Below are positions 8,745-18,055 of a stretch of DNA of 64,000 nt, piece after piece. The stretch's first letter is position 1. Each line of letters starts with the position of its first letter. The stretch lies in the IMG/VR virus record IMGVR_UViG_3300037067_009382, positions 26,409 to 90,408 of that record; one strand, given 5' to 3'. The notes beneath the pieces are model-generated. The model saw only the letters and a program-made list of their open reading frames with translations, searched no databases and was not told the origin of the DNA. Made by a program: the position numbers and the translations under genes. This stretch comes from a virus (Duplodnaviria > Caudoviricetes).

Positions 8745-10001
8745 CTATACTGTTATCTGGGGTGTGTACGTTACCATTAGGTTCTCTCCGTCGGCAAGAG
8801 CTATTGCGGGACTTACGGTATCGCGTGCTATACACGCAGAGTACGCATTCGCAACGCTATCCGAGGTCGCATTATAGAATGCGGTATAGGAACCATAAAG
8901 TCCTACCTCACGAACGTTAATAGTCTCGCCCGAGAGATTGCGAAATATCCTTCCAAGGGTAAATTGAGCGTTCGGATTGGCAACTAGCAATCCGAAGATA
9001 TCGCTTCCTCCATACTCCACCTCCGCTTGGCATGTTCCTCTTAATGCGAAATACGGTGTGGAGGTGGTAGTAATGCTAAGGGACACACCTGCGTCAGTAG
9101 AAGTCAATACACAGCACCTCGGATTTGTTAAACTTGATTGATATCTTATCGCCCCATAAACGGATGCTGCTCCGAGAGCGCAACTTATCATAAAGTGGTA
9201 GGGAATACCTGGATGAATGTTGATGGGCGTGGGCAGTGTAAATTCTCTCAACTCGTAAGTTGGACTAGTGGGCAGAGTATCACCATTAGTTGTTGTTAAA
9301 CCATTCAAATCGGTTGTACTCTGCTTCCATGATACACTTGAGGAATCATCGTTAAATTTGCCCCTTCGGATGTGGAGTGTCAACGTTCCTGGACTTCCTA
9401 ATCGATACATCAAGAAGCGTACACCCGTAAGGCGAAATCCGCGAGTAGCATAAACGACGCATCCCACCCATGTATTAGCCGCGTTAGTAGTCATTGCGCT
9501 ATTTGAGCCTACCTGATAGTTGTCAAAATCAGCAGCGGCTCCTACGGATGCACCCAGTCCGTGATATATCGGCTGAAGTAATGAGCGTTGCGTAGGTGAA
9601 ACGGCTCCACCATCAGCACCAATAACGATTCCAAGATTATCTGAGCGTGCAAAGAGGTGATTCTGTATGACCTGATTCCAGTGTCCACTTGATGTAGAGT
9701 GAGATGATCCAGCCCACAACTGAGTACCCGATCCTCCGAATTGAACAACCTGCATAGTCGATTTGTGGTTTCGAGTATACTGAGGATATGGATAGGATCT
9801 TCCCTCGCCGTTAAGAGAAGCGTTAGCAATATCGGCTACAGGATACCTCAAGCTGTAGGGTACGTCAGCCATCATTAAATATAGAAGGTCAAATAATCCT
9901 TGGGTAAAGCTTCGGCTATAGTCCCTTCGCTTTTCAAGAATACTCCCTCCCACACTCAAACCGTCACACTTCAGTCGGGTAAGCTCAAGCATTGTTTTCA
10001 T
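8745..10001 (-). CDS. Tail fibre/baseplate protein, tail-collar-type fold with inserted putative carbohydrate-binding domain
   Basis: Paralogue of 10710..11951; GIVIG.D, REVGLYG, ARDTVSPAIAL...VTYTPQITV. Confidence 0.65.
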   Translation of the reverse strand: MKTMLELTRLKCDGLSVGGSILEKRRDYSRSFTQGLFDLLYLMMADVPYSLRYPVADIANASLNGEGRSYPYPQYTRNHKSTMQVVQFGGSGTQLWAGSSHSTSSGHWNQVIQNHLFARSDNLGIVIGADGGAVSPTQRSLLQPIYHGLGASVGAAADFDNYQVGSNSAMTTNAANTWVGCVVYATRGFRLTGVRFLMYRLGSPGTLTLHIRRGKFNDDSSSVSWKQSTTDLNGLTTTNGDTLPTSPTYELREFTLPTPINIHPGIPYHFMISCALGAASVYGAIRYQSSLTNPRCCVLTSTDAGVSLSITTTSTPYFALRGTCQAEVEYGGSDIFGLLVANPNAQFTLGRIFRNLSGETINVREVGLYGSYTAFYNATSDSVANAYSACIARDTVSPAIALADGENLMVTYTPQITV

Positions 10002-10012
10002 TCAGATCCTCC

Positions 10013-10699
10013 CTAGGCCGTAGCCTGTTGTCGATAGTTTACTGTCAATGTCTCTCCATTGTTAATAGTCACCCCGCCTGCAATAACATCTCGAATTACA
10101 AGGGCGTAAACCGCTGCAGGTCTAGATGAGGTATAGAGAAGCATTATCGGATTCATAAGGGTCACTAGCCCTATCTCGTTGACCGTTATAGCCCCACCAC
10201 TTGCGTTCGAGAAGTCCCGAGTGATAGTGAAGTACGAAAGTACGGCTGTAGCAGTGGGAAGACCAAAGGCAACGTTTCCGTATTGAAGTTGACCCGCGCC
10301 AGTTCCATGGTCAATTTTCGTACCGAGGGCGTAATCGCTAATCGTAGGGGCTGTCGAGTCCGTACCTACTTGAATACCATACAGGGTATCACCCGTAAGG
10401 GCTGAAGCATCAAAGTTATGATAGTCGTTTGCTATTTCCCACACGACGTTGCTCGTATCACGAACATCAAGAGGCTGTACCTCGGGAAGGCAACCCATCT
10501 GAACAAAAAGTAATTCTGCAAATTGTCGGGTAAAGCTTTCACCTTTTCGCACACTGTGGTGCTTGACGTTCCCGGCTTTGTCTTTAACAGTTAGCTCCAG
10601 GACAAGTCCTACCTCTCCCTTCTCGAATATAATATTGTCGGGAGTGAGTACCTGAGTATCTCTAAGTTTTAGTTTCACCTCGTGTTTCTTTCCTTGCAT
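10013..10699 (-). CDS. Tail-collar-type tail protein
   Basis: Paralogue of 11961..12659; GIQVGTDSTAPTISDYALGT, NEIGL. Confidence 0.65.
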   Translation of the reverse strand: MQGKKHEVKLKLRDTQVLTPDNIIFEKGEVGLVLELTVKDKAGNVKHHSVRKGESFTRQFAELLFVQMGCLPEVQPLDVRDTSNVVWEIANDYHNFDASALTGDTLYGIQVGTDSTAPTISDYALGTKIDHGTGAGQLQYGNVAFGLPTATAVLSYFTITRDFSNASGGAITVNEIGLVTLMNPIMLLYTSSRPAAVYALVIRDVIAGGVTINNGETLTVNYRQQATA

Positions 10700-10709
10700 A
10701 TGCTTCTCC

Positions 10710-11951
10710 TTATACCGTTATCTGGGGTGTGTACGTTACCAATAGCATTTCGGTGTTACCAAGTGAGATCGCGGGACTAACGAGATCTCGTGCGAGGCAC
10801 ACAGCATATGGCAGAATTCCACCTTCAGATGCATAGTATGCCTGTCCTACCGCCCCATATAGCCCAATCTCGTTAATAGTAAGGGTGCTACCACTCAAAT
10901 TCCTAAACAATCTTCCAATTGAGAAGGAGGCATTAGGATTCGCCACTGTTAATCCATAAATATCGCATCCTCCGTATTGTACCTCTCCTAGAGAGGTACC
11001 CCTTAGAGCGTAATACATTAAGTTAGTTGCACTATACGAAAGGGTGGCACCACTATCGGCCGAAGAACCATAACATGCCCTTTCGACTTGCCAACTGGTT
11101 GCTACTGTATATGCTGTCGAGTCATATCTCATACCCACATAATTGCTACCATTAGCAGCTGGGGCACCTATCATAATCGCATAGCCCATACCTGGATGAA
11201 GGTCAATCGATGAGGGGAGAGCAAACTCTCTTAACTCATAGGGCGATCCTGTTGGGAGTGTGTTCCCGTCAGAAGTGGTCACACCATTCAGGTCAGTCGA
11301 ATTCATCTTCCAGGCAGTAGCACTCAACTTAACAATTCTACGTACGTGCAACTCCATTGTTCCAGGATTATTCAATCGATAGAGAAGAAACCTCACAGCA
11401 GTTAGTCTAAATCCCTTCTTAGGCCAGACACATATACCCCTCCAGAGAATAGAAGAGTTAACGGTAACTGTTGAAGTGTGGTTGGTCCAGTTATCGAAAT
11501 CCTGCGCGACACTTATCGCCCCATCCATCCCATGAAATATTTGTTGCTCTATATAACGTTGATTTGGTGCAACCGCCCCCGTACCTGATCCAATGACTAT
11601 TCCATAGGAATCACAGGGTAGAAAGTGTTCGGGTTGACATGCCTGATCCCTTCTTCCCGATGAGGAACTCTCGTAAGAACCGAGCCAAATTATCTGACCG
11701 GAACATCCGGGACCGCCTACCTGAAGGCCTGAGTGCATATAATTTGTATAGGACGCATCGCGTCCATAGTCAATATTGACCAAAGCTCCAGTAATATCTT
11801 CAGTTACATAGGGATATGTATAGTCTCTTACAGCTGATTCTACATACATCTGGTCAAATAGTCCCTGAGTAAAGCTCTTGCTGTACGCCTTTCGTTTTTC
11901 AAGAAGGCTTCCCCCAGCCCTCATTCGGGAGATTTCAACTAGTGTCCTCAT
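10710..11951 (-). CDS. Tail fibre/baseplate protein with inserted putative carbohydrate-binding domain
   Basis: Paralogue of 8745..10001 over its whole length. Confidence 0.65.
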   Translation of the reverse strand: MRTLVEISRMRAGGSLLEKRKAYSKSFTQGLFDQMYVESAVRDYTYPYVTEDITGALVNIDYGRDASYTNYMHSGLQVGGPGCSGQIIWLGSYESSSSGRRDQACQPEHFLPCDSYGIVIGSGTGAVAPNQRYIEQQIFHGMDGAISVAQDFDNWTNHTSTVTVNSSILWRGICVWPKKGFRLTAVRFLLYRLNNPGTMELHVRRIVKLSATAWKMNSTDLNGVTTSDGNTLPTGSPYELREFALPSSIDLHPGMGYAIMIGAPAANGSNYVGMRYDSTAYTVATSWQVERACYGSSADSGATLSYSATNLMYYALRGTSLGEVQYGGCDIYGLTVANPNASFSIGRLFRNLSGSTLTINEIGLYGAVGQAYYASEGGILPYAVCLARDLVSPAISLGNTEMLLVTYTPQITV

Positions 11952-11960
11952 TTATGCCTC

Positions 11961-12659
11961 CTAAACGGTCGCTTGCTGGCGATAGTTTACCGTTAATGTT
12001 TCTCCATCGTCAACGGTAATGCCTCCACCAATTACATCACGAATTGTGAGAATAAAAACATTATTAGGTCGCGTATTGCTAAATACTTGATTGGTTGGGT
12101 GCATATCTACGGCTAGTCCTATCTCGTTGACTACGATAGATCCACCACTTGCGTTCGAGAAGTCTCGAGTAACGGTAAAATATGAGAGTACCGCGGTAGC
12201 TGTAGGAAGGCCAAACGCAACAGCACCATATTGAAGTTGACCCGCACCGGTTCCGTGGGTAATTAGGGTTTCCATCGCGTAGTCGTTAATTGTAGGTGCT
12301 GTTGTACCAGTGCCAACTAGAATACCATAGTATGTGGCACCCACTGCTGCTGGACATCGAAATGCGTGCACACTCATAGCATAACCGCGCTCTACACCAT
12401 CAGTACAGATAGCATAGTGGGGTCTCATCGTGACAACGCCACCCATCTGGACGAAAAGTGTATCGATAAAGCCCCTCACGAAGCTTTCACCTCTTCGTAC
12501 ACTGTGATGCTTGACGTTTCCCGCTTTATCCTTTACGGTTAGCTCGAGAACAAGCCCCACCTCTCCTTCCTTAAATACGATCTGGTCGGGATCAAATACC
12601 TTCGTATCCTGTCCCTTCAGATTGATAACGTTCTTTCCAACGGCTCTCTTATCTGTCAT
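11961..12659 (-). CDS. Tail-collar-type tail protein
   Basis: Paralogue of 10013..10699; GILVGTGTTAPTINDYAMET, NEIGL. Confidence 0.65.
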   Translation of the reverse strand: MTDKRAVGKNVINLKGQDTKVFDPDQIVFKEGEVGLVLELTVKDKAGNVKHHSVRRGESFVRGFIDTLFVQMGGVVTMRPHYAICTDGVERGYAMSVHAFRCPAAVGATYYGILVGTGTTAPTINDYAMETLITHGTGAGQLQYGAVAFGLPTATAVLSYFTVTRDFSNASGGSIVVNEIGLAVDMHPTNQVFSNTRPNNVFILTIRDVIGGGITVDDGETLTVNYRQQATV

Positions 12660-12683
12660 TCCGAGCCTCCTTACTATATTATA

Positions 12684-14573
12684 CTACGGATACAGGAATC
12701 CGGCACGAATGTATGTTGCCCATGGCGGAGAGTAACCAGCGCCAGTATCGGTTATTCGCGCCCGAATAGGATAACCTGTCAATCCCGCCACAGTTACGGT
12801 AGTCCATCCTGCCTGAGGAGTATGCCAAACTTCATTCGGTCCGAAGTTCCTAAACCCATCGGTTCCATCAACTAAATCAACACAGGATTGCCAAGCGCCA
12901 TCATAATATTCCCACTCGAGTACGAATGTTCCGGTTGCCACTACTCCCACATCGACCTTTAGAAAATCGTAAGGGCGCTCATATAAGAAGTAAAACGCAT
13001 CATTTACGTTTAATCCTGCAGAGGGCAGAATCTCGACATCATTATCGGTATACCAAATCTCGAACATATAATCTGAGCCTGTAGCGGTCGACCATGTAGT
13101 ACCACTGTTAGAGGAATACTCACGATTGCCTCCGGCATAGGTGGGTGACGAATCATCCCTCCTCCAATAGAAGGATGAGGCCGTAGGAGAGTAAATGATC
13201 AATGCGTACTTAGTGCCTGAAGTAAGAGCCAACTCAGCCCCAAAATCGAACATATGCCAAGCAAATCCGCTAGTGGGGATCCAGTTAATAGGATCCATGG
13301 AGTCGGATGGATTGATTGTGACTTCAATCAAATTAGCCCCCGTAGGGTGTCCTACTCCATCGGTCGCACGAATTGCAACAGTAACGGATGTTGTAGCGTT
13401 TCTTCTTTGCAATCGAAGCTTAACTGCCCTCAGCGGAATATTTGCTGAGGGAGTGAATGTTTGCCCTTCCCAAACCGCAGCTCCCACACTTGCACTAACA
13501 TCATCGCCAGCGATATAATATTGATCGACTAGATACTCAGTAATTGCTTCGGCCGTATAATCGTATAGCAACCCAGCGATATCTAGCACGGCACCATCTA
13601 GGCAACCTATAATTGTTGCTAGTCGATCGAATGGTGCAGTAACGGATGCGTCGTGATCGGCCGCATATGGTGCATCCTCTGAGTGGGTTCTGTCAATGTC
13701 TGGATTCAGAACGTTAAACCAATCTGGGTTAACTAGTCCAGTGTTATCGAGTTGCAAACCATAATCGGTCTCAAGTTGCCCCGGTAGATCGGCTGAGTAA
13801 TCGGGTGTAAACTTTGTGTGGGTATGTGTGGAGTAAATTTCACATATCGTTGAGCCCCTGATCAGTGCTATGCCCGTTGCAGCCTCGACCAGTACAATAT
13901 CAATTTCCTGATCGGGTATAAACTTCTCGACCACATCACTCAGTCCAAGAAATTTATACAGATTCTTAAACCACTCCGGATGCTCATCCATATCCACTGC
14001 ATCGGTATATCCCAGATTTCGATCGGGTAAGGGTATCTTTTTGTAGCACCAGATAACATCGACGATGGATGTAATGCTTTCATCGAAAACGTAAAAATCT
14101 ACGCGATAGAAATATGCACCAGGTGTCTCTCCTTCCTGGGTAATGTCGAGAGGACCGAAGATGCCCGTCCAGGTATAACCTCGATCGTCAACAATATGTA
14201 TGGGATTTATGCTTCCCGAGGGTGTTTTATAGTAGTACCAACTCTTAACAGCGATCTCCAGGTTTCGTCTATCAGCCTCGGAGTATACGTATCCCTGAAA
14301 CCTTATGACTTCCTTACACTGCCCCAGCGAAAGCAGAAAGGAGAACGTATTTAGATAACCGGCGGAGATGGCCGAAGGCAGTGGTATCTGGGTCGACATC
14401 AACTGGATCTCATGAGTCATTTGCACGTTCCAGAGTGCTAGGGTCATCGGAATGGGTGTATAAGGATTGGTGATTACGATTCCACCAGGCTCTAACTCGG
14501 AATAGCAGACGACCTTACGCGGATTGGTAGTTTCAATCAGTCGCGCTTCTTGAATTACAAGAGGATCGGCCAT
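12684..14573 (-). CDS. Multidomain tail-tip protein (Dit-like N-terminus, beta-sandwich adhesion-like domains)
   Basis: 629 aa; GQTFTP...VKLRL...FDFGAELALTSGTKYALII domain related to the inserts in the 413/418-aa proteins. Confidence 0.6.
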   Translation of the reverse strand: MADPLVIQEARLIETTNPRKVVCYSELEPGGIVITNPYTPIPMTLALWNVQMTHEIQLMSTQIPLPSAISAGYLNTFSFLLSLGQCKEVIRFQGYVYSEADRRNLEIAVKSWYYYKTPSGSINPIHIVDDRGYTWTGIFGPLDITQEGETPGAYFYRVDFYVFDESITSIVDVIWCYKKIPLPDRNLGYTDAVDMDEHPEWFKNLYKFLGLSDVVEKFIPDQEIDIVLVEAATGIALIRGSTICEIYSTHTHTKFTPDYSADLPGQLETDYGLQLDNTGLVNPDWFNVLNPDIDRTHSEDAPYAADHDASVTAPFDRLATIIGCLDGAVLDIAGLLYDYTAEAITEYLVDQYYIAGDDVSASVGAAVWEGQTFTPSANIPLRAVKLRLQRRNATTSVTVAIRATDGVGHPTGANLIEVTINPSDSMDPINWIPTSGFAWHMFDFGAELALTSGTKYALIIYSPTASSFYWRRDDSSPTYAGGNREYSSNSGTTWSTATGSDYMFEIWYTDNDVEILPSAGLNVNDAFYFLYERPYDFLKVDVGVVATGTFVLEWEYYDGAWQSCVDLVDGTDGFRNFGPNEVWHTPQAGWTTVTVAGLTGYPIRARITDTGAGYSPPWATYIRAGFLYP

Positions 14574-14581
14574 ACTATCTC

Positions 14582-15865
14582 CTACGGAGCATATAATCCC
14601 CAGCTCACGTATCTAACTGATTTCTCGAGTTTCCTCATCCGAGTACTGTAATCCAGAGGATCTTCCTTCGCAACGCCATAGACAGCGCTTGCGGCTGCAC
14701 CCTTCTCGATTACCTGAAGAGTTGCAACACCACTTGGCTCTCGGTAGCTAATACTCAGCACTAGGAAGTCACCAGTAATTCCCGCTTCGGGAATCGTTAT
14801 GCTCACCATGTGGCCCGCTCGAAGTGAATAGTATCTCCCACCACTAAAGTACGTGGGAAAGAATTGAACGCTTACCGTTCCACGTAAAGGAACGTTGCGT
14901 GCCTTTGCAAGCTCACCCACTCCTCTCGTCCAAGCCTCGTCTACGGAAGCAATTGAGGGATCCTCTAAAATCGTTTCCTTAACGCACGAGTGTAGTGATT
15001 GATTAAGCAAATCCTCAACCTCAGCGACAGGAACGTCAATCGAGAGTTGTGTACTACGTACGATACATAAATTCTTATGCTCAACAGCATAGCCAGAGAA
15101 TCGATAGTCGGGCATGATAGGAAGAACATTTACGGATGCACCAGGTGAAGCACCGTAATGTAAGTGCAAAATTGAGGGCAGGCTATAGCGTGGGAAGTAC
15201 CACATGGAAGGTCTTCCGGCTGGATCTAATGGACTGCCATCATCTACGAAAAAGTCAAAGCCGGTCAATTCCGTTCCTGTATACGGGCCAACAGTCTGTG
15301 GATCTTCTGCAGCAAGATCCTCTATTGCCTGAAGAGCTGTTATGCTCGAGCCTTCATAATTTCGTCCTGCGTATCCACCTACGTCAGGAAATGGTACTAC
15401 GCTGTGTTGGAAGTTCGCTGTAAAGTGATTCACGTCGGCATAGTCGTCGGCATAGTTAGCGATAATCCTAGCGAGTAGTGATCTCGAGTAGACAGGTACT
15501 GCCCCATATGCGAGTCTCCTGTCGGAGTACTCATAGCGATCAGCTACGATATGTAAATAGTCCCTGGTAGAGAGTTTCATAATTTGTCCGTACGAATCTT
15601 CCCAATCCTCCTCCCTTACGTCAATTCTTCCCAGGAACACGACAGAGTTCGAAATTGGTTCAACAAGCCTGATCCTTTGGAAATCGCTATATACACCCGA
15701 ACGACTTCGTGCTGGATTTGAGATGACAAAGTTAGTGGATCGACATCGAGCCGTAATCTTGTCAGTATACTCGAGCTCGAGCTTGCCAAAGTCGTCTCTC
15801 CATATGTCCGAGCGATAGGCACCATATTCATATTGAAGCTTAAGGCCTGCAGTAATATCCGTCAT
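14582..15865 (-). CDS. Baseplate hub / Tal-like tail protein
   Basis: 427 aa, second gene after the tape measure; VFLGRID, LRAGHMVSITIPEAGITGDFLVLSISY are typical of hub proteins. Confidence 0.6.
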   Translation of the reverse strand: MTDITAGLKLQYEYGAYRSDIWRDDFGKLELEYTDKITARCRSTNFVISNPARSRSGVYSDFQRIRLVEPISNSVVFLGRIDVREEDWEDSYGQIMKLSTRDYLHIVADRYEYSDRRLAYGAVPVYSRSLLARIIANYADDYADVNHFTANFQHSVVPFPDVGGYAGRNYEGSSITALQAIEDLAAEDPQTVGPYTGTELTGFDFFVDDGSPLDPAGRPSMWYFPRYSLPSILHLHYGASPGASVNVLPIMPDYRFSGYAVEHKNLCIVRSTQLSIDVPVAEVEDLLNQSLHSCVKETILEDPSIASVDEAWTRGVGELAKARNVPLRGTVSVQFFPTYFSGGRYYSLRAGHMVSITIPEAGITGDFLVLSISYREPSGVATLQVIEKGAAASAVYGVAKEDPLDYSTRMRKLEKSVRYVSWGLYAP

Positions 15866-16326
15866 ACTGGTATCACCAATCCTGTCCTTTCTCGGGCCAT
15901 GAACTTAATCATATAATCGACCCAGTCATCTTGCCCGGCTGTTCTGTCAAATCTTATGTACGCAAGTACGCCCGTAAACGTGATGGTATCGTCGATTGAC
16001 AGAACTGTCCAATCACGCTGCCATCCAGTTTTTGCTGAATCGACCCACCACTTTCGTACTGCCTCGGCTAATTCATATTTGGTTGGCTCATATAAACTTG
16101 CACGATCGCTAAATTTTAGGCGTCCCCAAATGACAATGATCTCTGAGAGACCACCAAAGTCGAGTGCGAGCCTTCTCGGAGTACCATCCGCAATATCTCC
16201 TGGAAGAGGTGTTACGATAGTGGACTTGTTCATTTGGTGATTCCACTTATTCGCACGCAGGTAATACTTCGTGTTAGGTGTAACTCCTCTCTCAATTGTT
16301 ACCGATAGATCAGTAGCGCTAGCCAA
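15862..16326 (-). CDS. Distal tail (Dit)-like protein
   Basis: 154 aa directly after the tape measure; TPLPG, FTGVL, DYMIKF pattern. Confidence 0.6.
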   Translation of the reverse strand: MASATDLSVTIERGVTPNTKYYLRANKWNHQMNKSTIVTPLPGDIADGTPRRLALDFGGLSEIIVIWGRLKFSDRASLYEPTKYELAEAVRKWWVDSAKTGWQRDWTVLSIDDTITFTGVLAYIRFDRTAGQDDWVDYMIKFMARERTGLVIPV

Positions 16327-17434
16327 TCAATTGCCTCCGTGTCATGTCCCTCGTAGCCTTCTCCATCATGGGAGAGAACTCTTCAGGACGTATGCGTTGT
16401 ACTGTCTCCACTGAGAAGTTGTTCGTCTGGTTAATCATCATGGAGCTCCCACCATTTCCACCACTCGGATTAACGACTGATACCTTTCCAATTGCTACCC
16501 TGTGAGCCGAAATCTGGTCGATCATCGAGGGTGAATGCTCCTCAGTCAACTTGTTATACAGGAAAGGCCCTAGCCATCCAGCTAGTGCTCCTATACCAGC
16601 ACCGATTGCAGTACCAATTCCGGGAGCGATCATTGAACCAATTATGCCACCCATCCAGGCACCACCACCGATTGACATTCCAAATCCTAGACCCTTCTCG
16701 AGTCCACCAGCGGATTTATCCGTAGCCATTAGAGCACCACCAGCTGCAAGTCCCACAGGCCCAGCAAACTTTCCTACGGTTCCTAGAACGCCTCCTGCCT
16801 TTCCTAACATTCCACCCAGTAGGGGTAATCCAGCACCTTTCGTAAGTAGCTTTCCGAGTAATCCAGCACCACCAGCTGCAAGAGCCGCGGTTAACATTGG
16901 GCCTGCAATATTTGCTCCACCAGCTCCAGCCGTACCTCCAAAGAAGGCACTTAAGCCTCCTGCGAGACCTCCTTCCTGGAAGCCTTGTACAACTCCTTGA
17001 ATCCAGACGGCGAGTTGCTGAATGACTGGAAAGAGTTGCATTAAGAACATCATGATTAGGTTAAAAATTGGCGTAAGTGGGGCGAGCAACATATCAATTG
17101 CCGCTCCGAATATCTTACCCATAGCCCCAAGATAGGCATTAGCGATGGACGATTGACGGACGAGCGCACCAATACCTACCAAGGCCAGTAAGGGCTTCAT
17201 GAGAGACTTAAAAGAAGCACCAGCTTCTACCTGACGCGCTTTAGGATCGGTCGAACCAGAAGGCAATCTACCAGCAGTAGTTGGAGCGGGCGGAACACCT
17301 CTTCCTCCAGCAGTAGTCGGAGCTGGTGGAGGTACCCTTGTTCCTTCCATTTGCCGTTTTAAGTCATCGGCATCGACTGTAAACTTAACTCGGACTTCCT
17401 GTACTCCTGAAGATCCACCTGGTCCCATTACCAT
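16319..17434 (-). CDS. Tape measure protein (unusually short, 371 aa)
   Basis: Follows the frameshifted chaperone; Ala/Gly-rich with GAxxG-type hydrophobic repeats. Confidence 0.75.
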   Translation of the reverse strand: MVMGPGGSSGVQEVRVKFTVDADDLKRQMEGTRVPPPAPTTAGGRGVPPAPTTAGRLPSGSTDPKARQVEAGASFKSLMKPLLALVGIGALVRQSSIANAYLGAMGKIFGAAIDMLLAPLTPIFNLIMMFLMQLFPVIQQLAVWIQGVVQGFQEGGLAGGLSAFFGGTAGAGGANIAGPMLTAALAAGGAGLLGKLLTKGAGLPLLGGMLGKAGGVLGTVGKFAGPVGLAAGGALMATDKSAGGLEKGLGFGMSIGGGAWMGGIIGSMIAPGIGTAIGAGIGALAGWLGPFLYNKLTEEHSPSMIDQISAHRVAIGKVSVVNPSGGNGGSSMMINQTNNFSVETVQRIRPEEFSPMMEKATRDMTRRQLIG

Positions 17435-17447
17435 CTTTGCACCTCTC

Positions 17448-17660
17448 TTAATGCGCCTTGCGTTGTGCCGCTTCTAATTCTCGCATCATCTTATCTGTCG
17501 CGATCGTCCAATAGTCTATAAATTCTTCCTCGCCCATCTCGCTAATTTCCCTGTAGGGGACTCCGTACACTAGCAAATCCAACTCCATCTGACGACGGAG
17601 AGTCAATGCTAGGCTTGGGGTGAGTCTTGTTGCTCCCCGGAGCTCCCCAATTCTTTTTTT
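17448..17660 (-). CDS. Tail assembly chaperone GT extension (-1 frame)
   Basis: Slippery GC A AAA AAA G at 17653-17662; -1 frame reads KKRIGELRG...GVPYREISEMGEEEFIDYW...RKAH to TAA at 17448. Confidence 0.75.
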   Translation of the reverse strand, partial: KKRIGELRGATRLTPSLALTLRRQMELDLLVYGVPYREISEMGEEEFIDYWTIATDKMMRELEAAQRKAH

Positions 17661-18031
17661 GCTTTGTCGATCAGCCTCTCAGTATCAAACGGTTGAGGGC
17701 AGATCTTCTCGAGTTCCTTACCGAAGTCGCTCGAGAGCTTAGTCATGAAAATGTCTTCCAGGGCAAAGCCTGGAGGTGGTACAAGGATCTCACGAAGTAC
17801 CTCTTTGTAGTACTTGTCCCAGTTGAACAATGTTGAACCGTCCTGAGCATACTGAGTGGATGCCGCTAGGATTCTGTTCTTCTTCGTCCACCCTAAGGAC
17901 TTCACTTTGAATGGGCCCCATTTCTTGCCTCTGAAGGGGATCCATACCTCGCTCGGAGGAATTGAATCCACGAGCAGCTGGCTGAAGTCTTGACCGACTT
18001 CCATTGCGTCTACCTGTGCTTTGTCTACCAT
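17609..18031 (-). CDS. Tail assembly chaperone (gpG-like)
   Basis: 140 aa between tail tube and tape measure, with a slippery A7 near its 3' end. Confidence 0.75.
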   Translation of the reverse strand: MVDKAQVDAMEVGQDFSQLLVDSIPPSEVWIPFRGKKWGPFKVKSLGWTKKNRILAASTQYAQDGSTLFNWDKYYKEVLREILVPPPGFALEDIFMTKLSSDFGKELEKICPQPFDTERLIDKAKKELGSSGEQQDSPQA

Positions 18032-18055
18032 CTGTTTTCTCCTCTCCTATATTTA

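Noticed and set aside
8745-12659. Duplicated tail genes as a diversity-generating retroelement template/variable pair
   Set aside because: Differences are spread over all bases and mostly synonymous, both copies are full genes, and no reverse transcriptase is present in the window.
17271-17333. PPAPTTAG duplication in the tape measure as a regulatory repeat
   Set aside because: Two in-frame copies with synonymous differences; an ordinary linker duplication.
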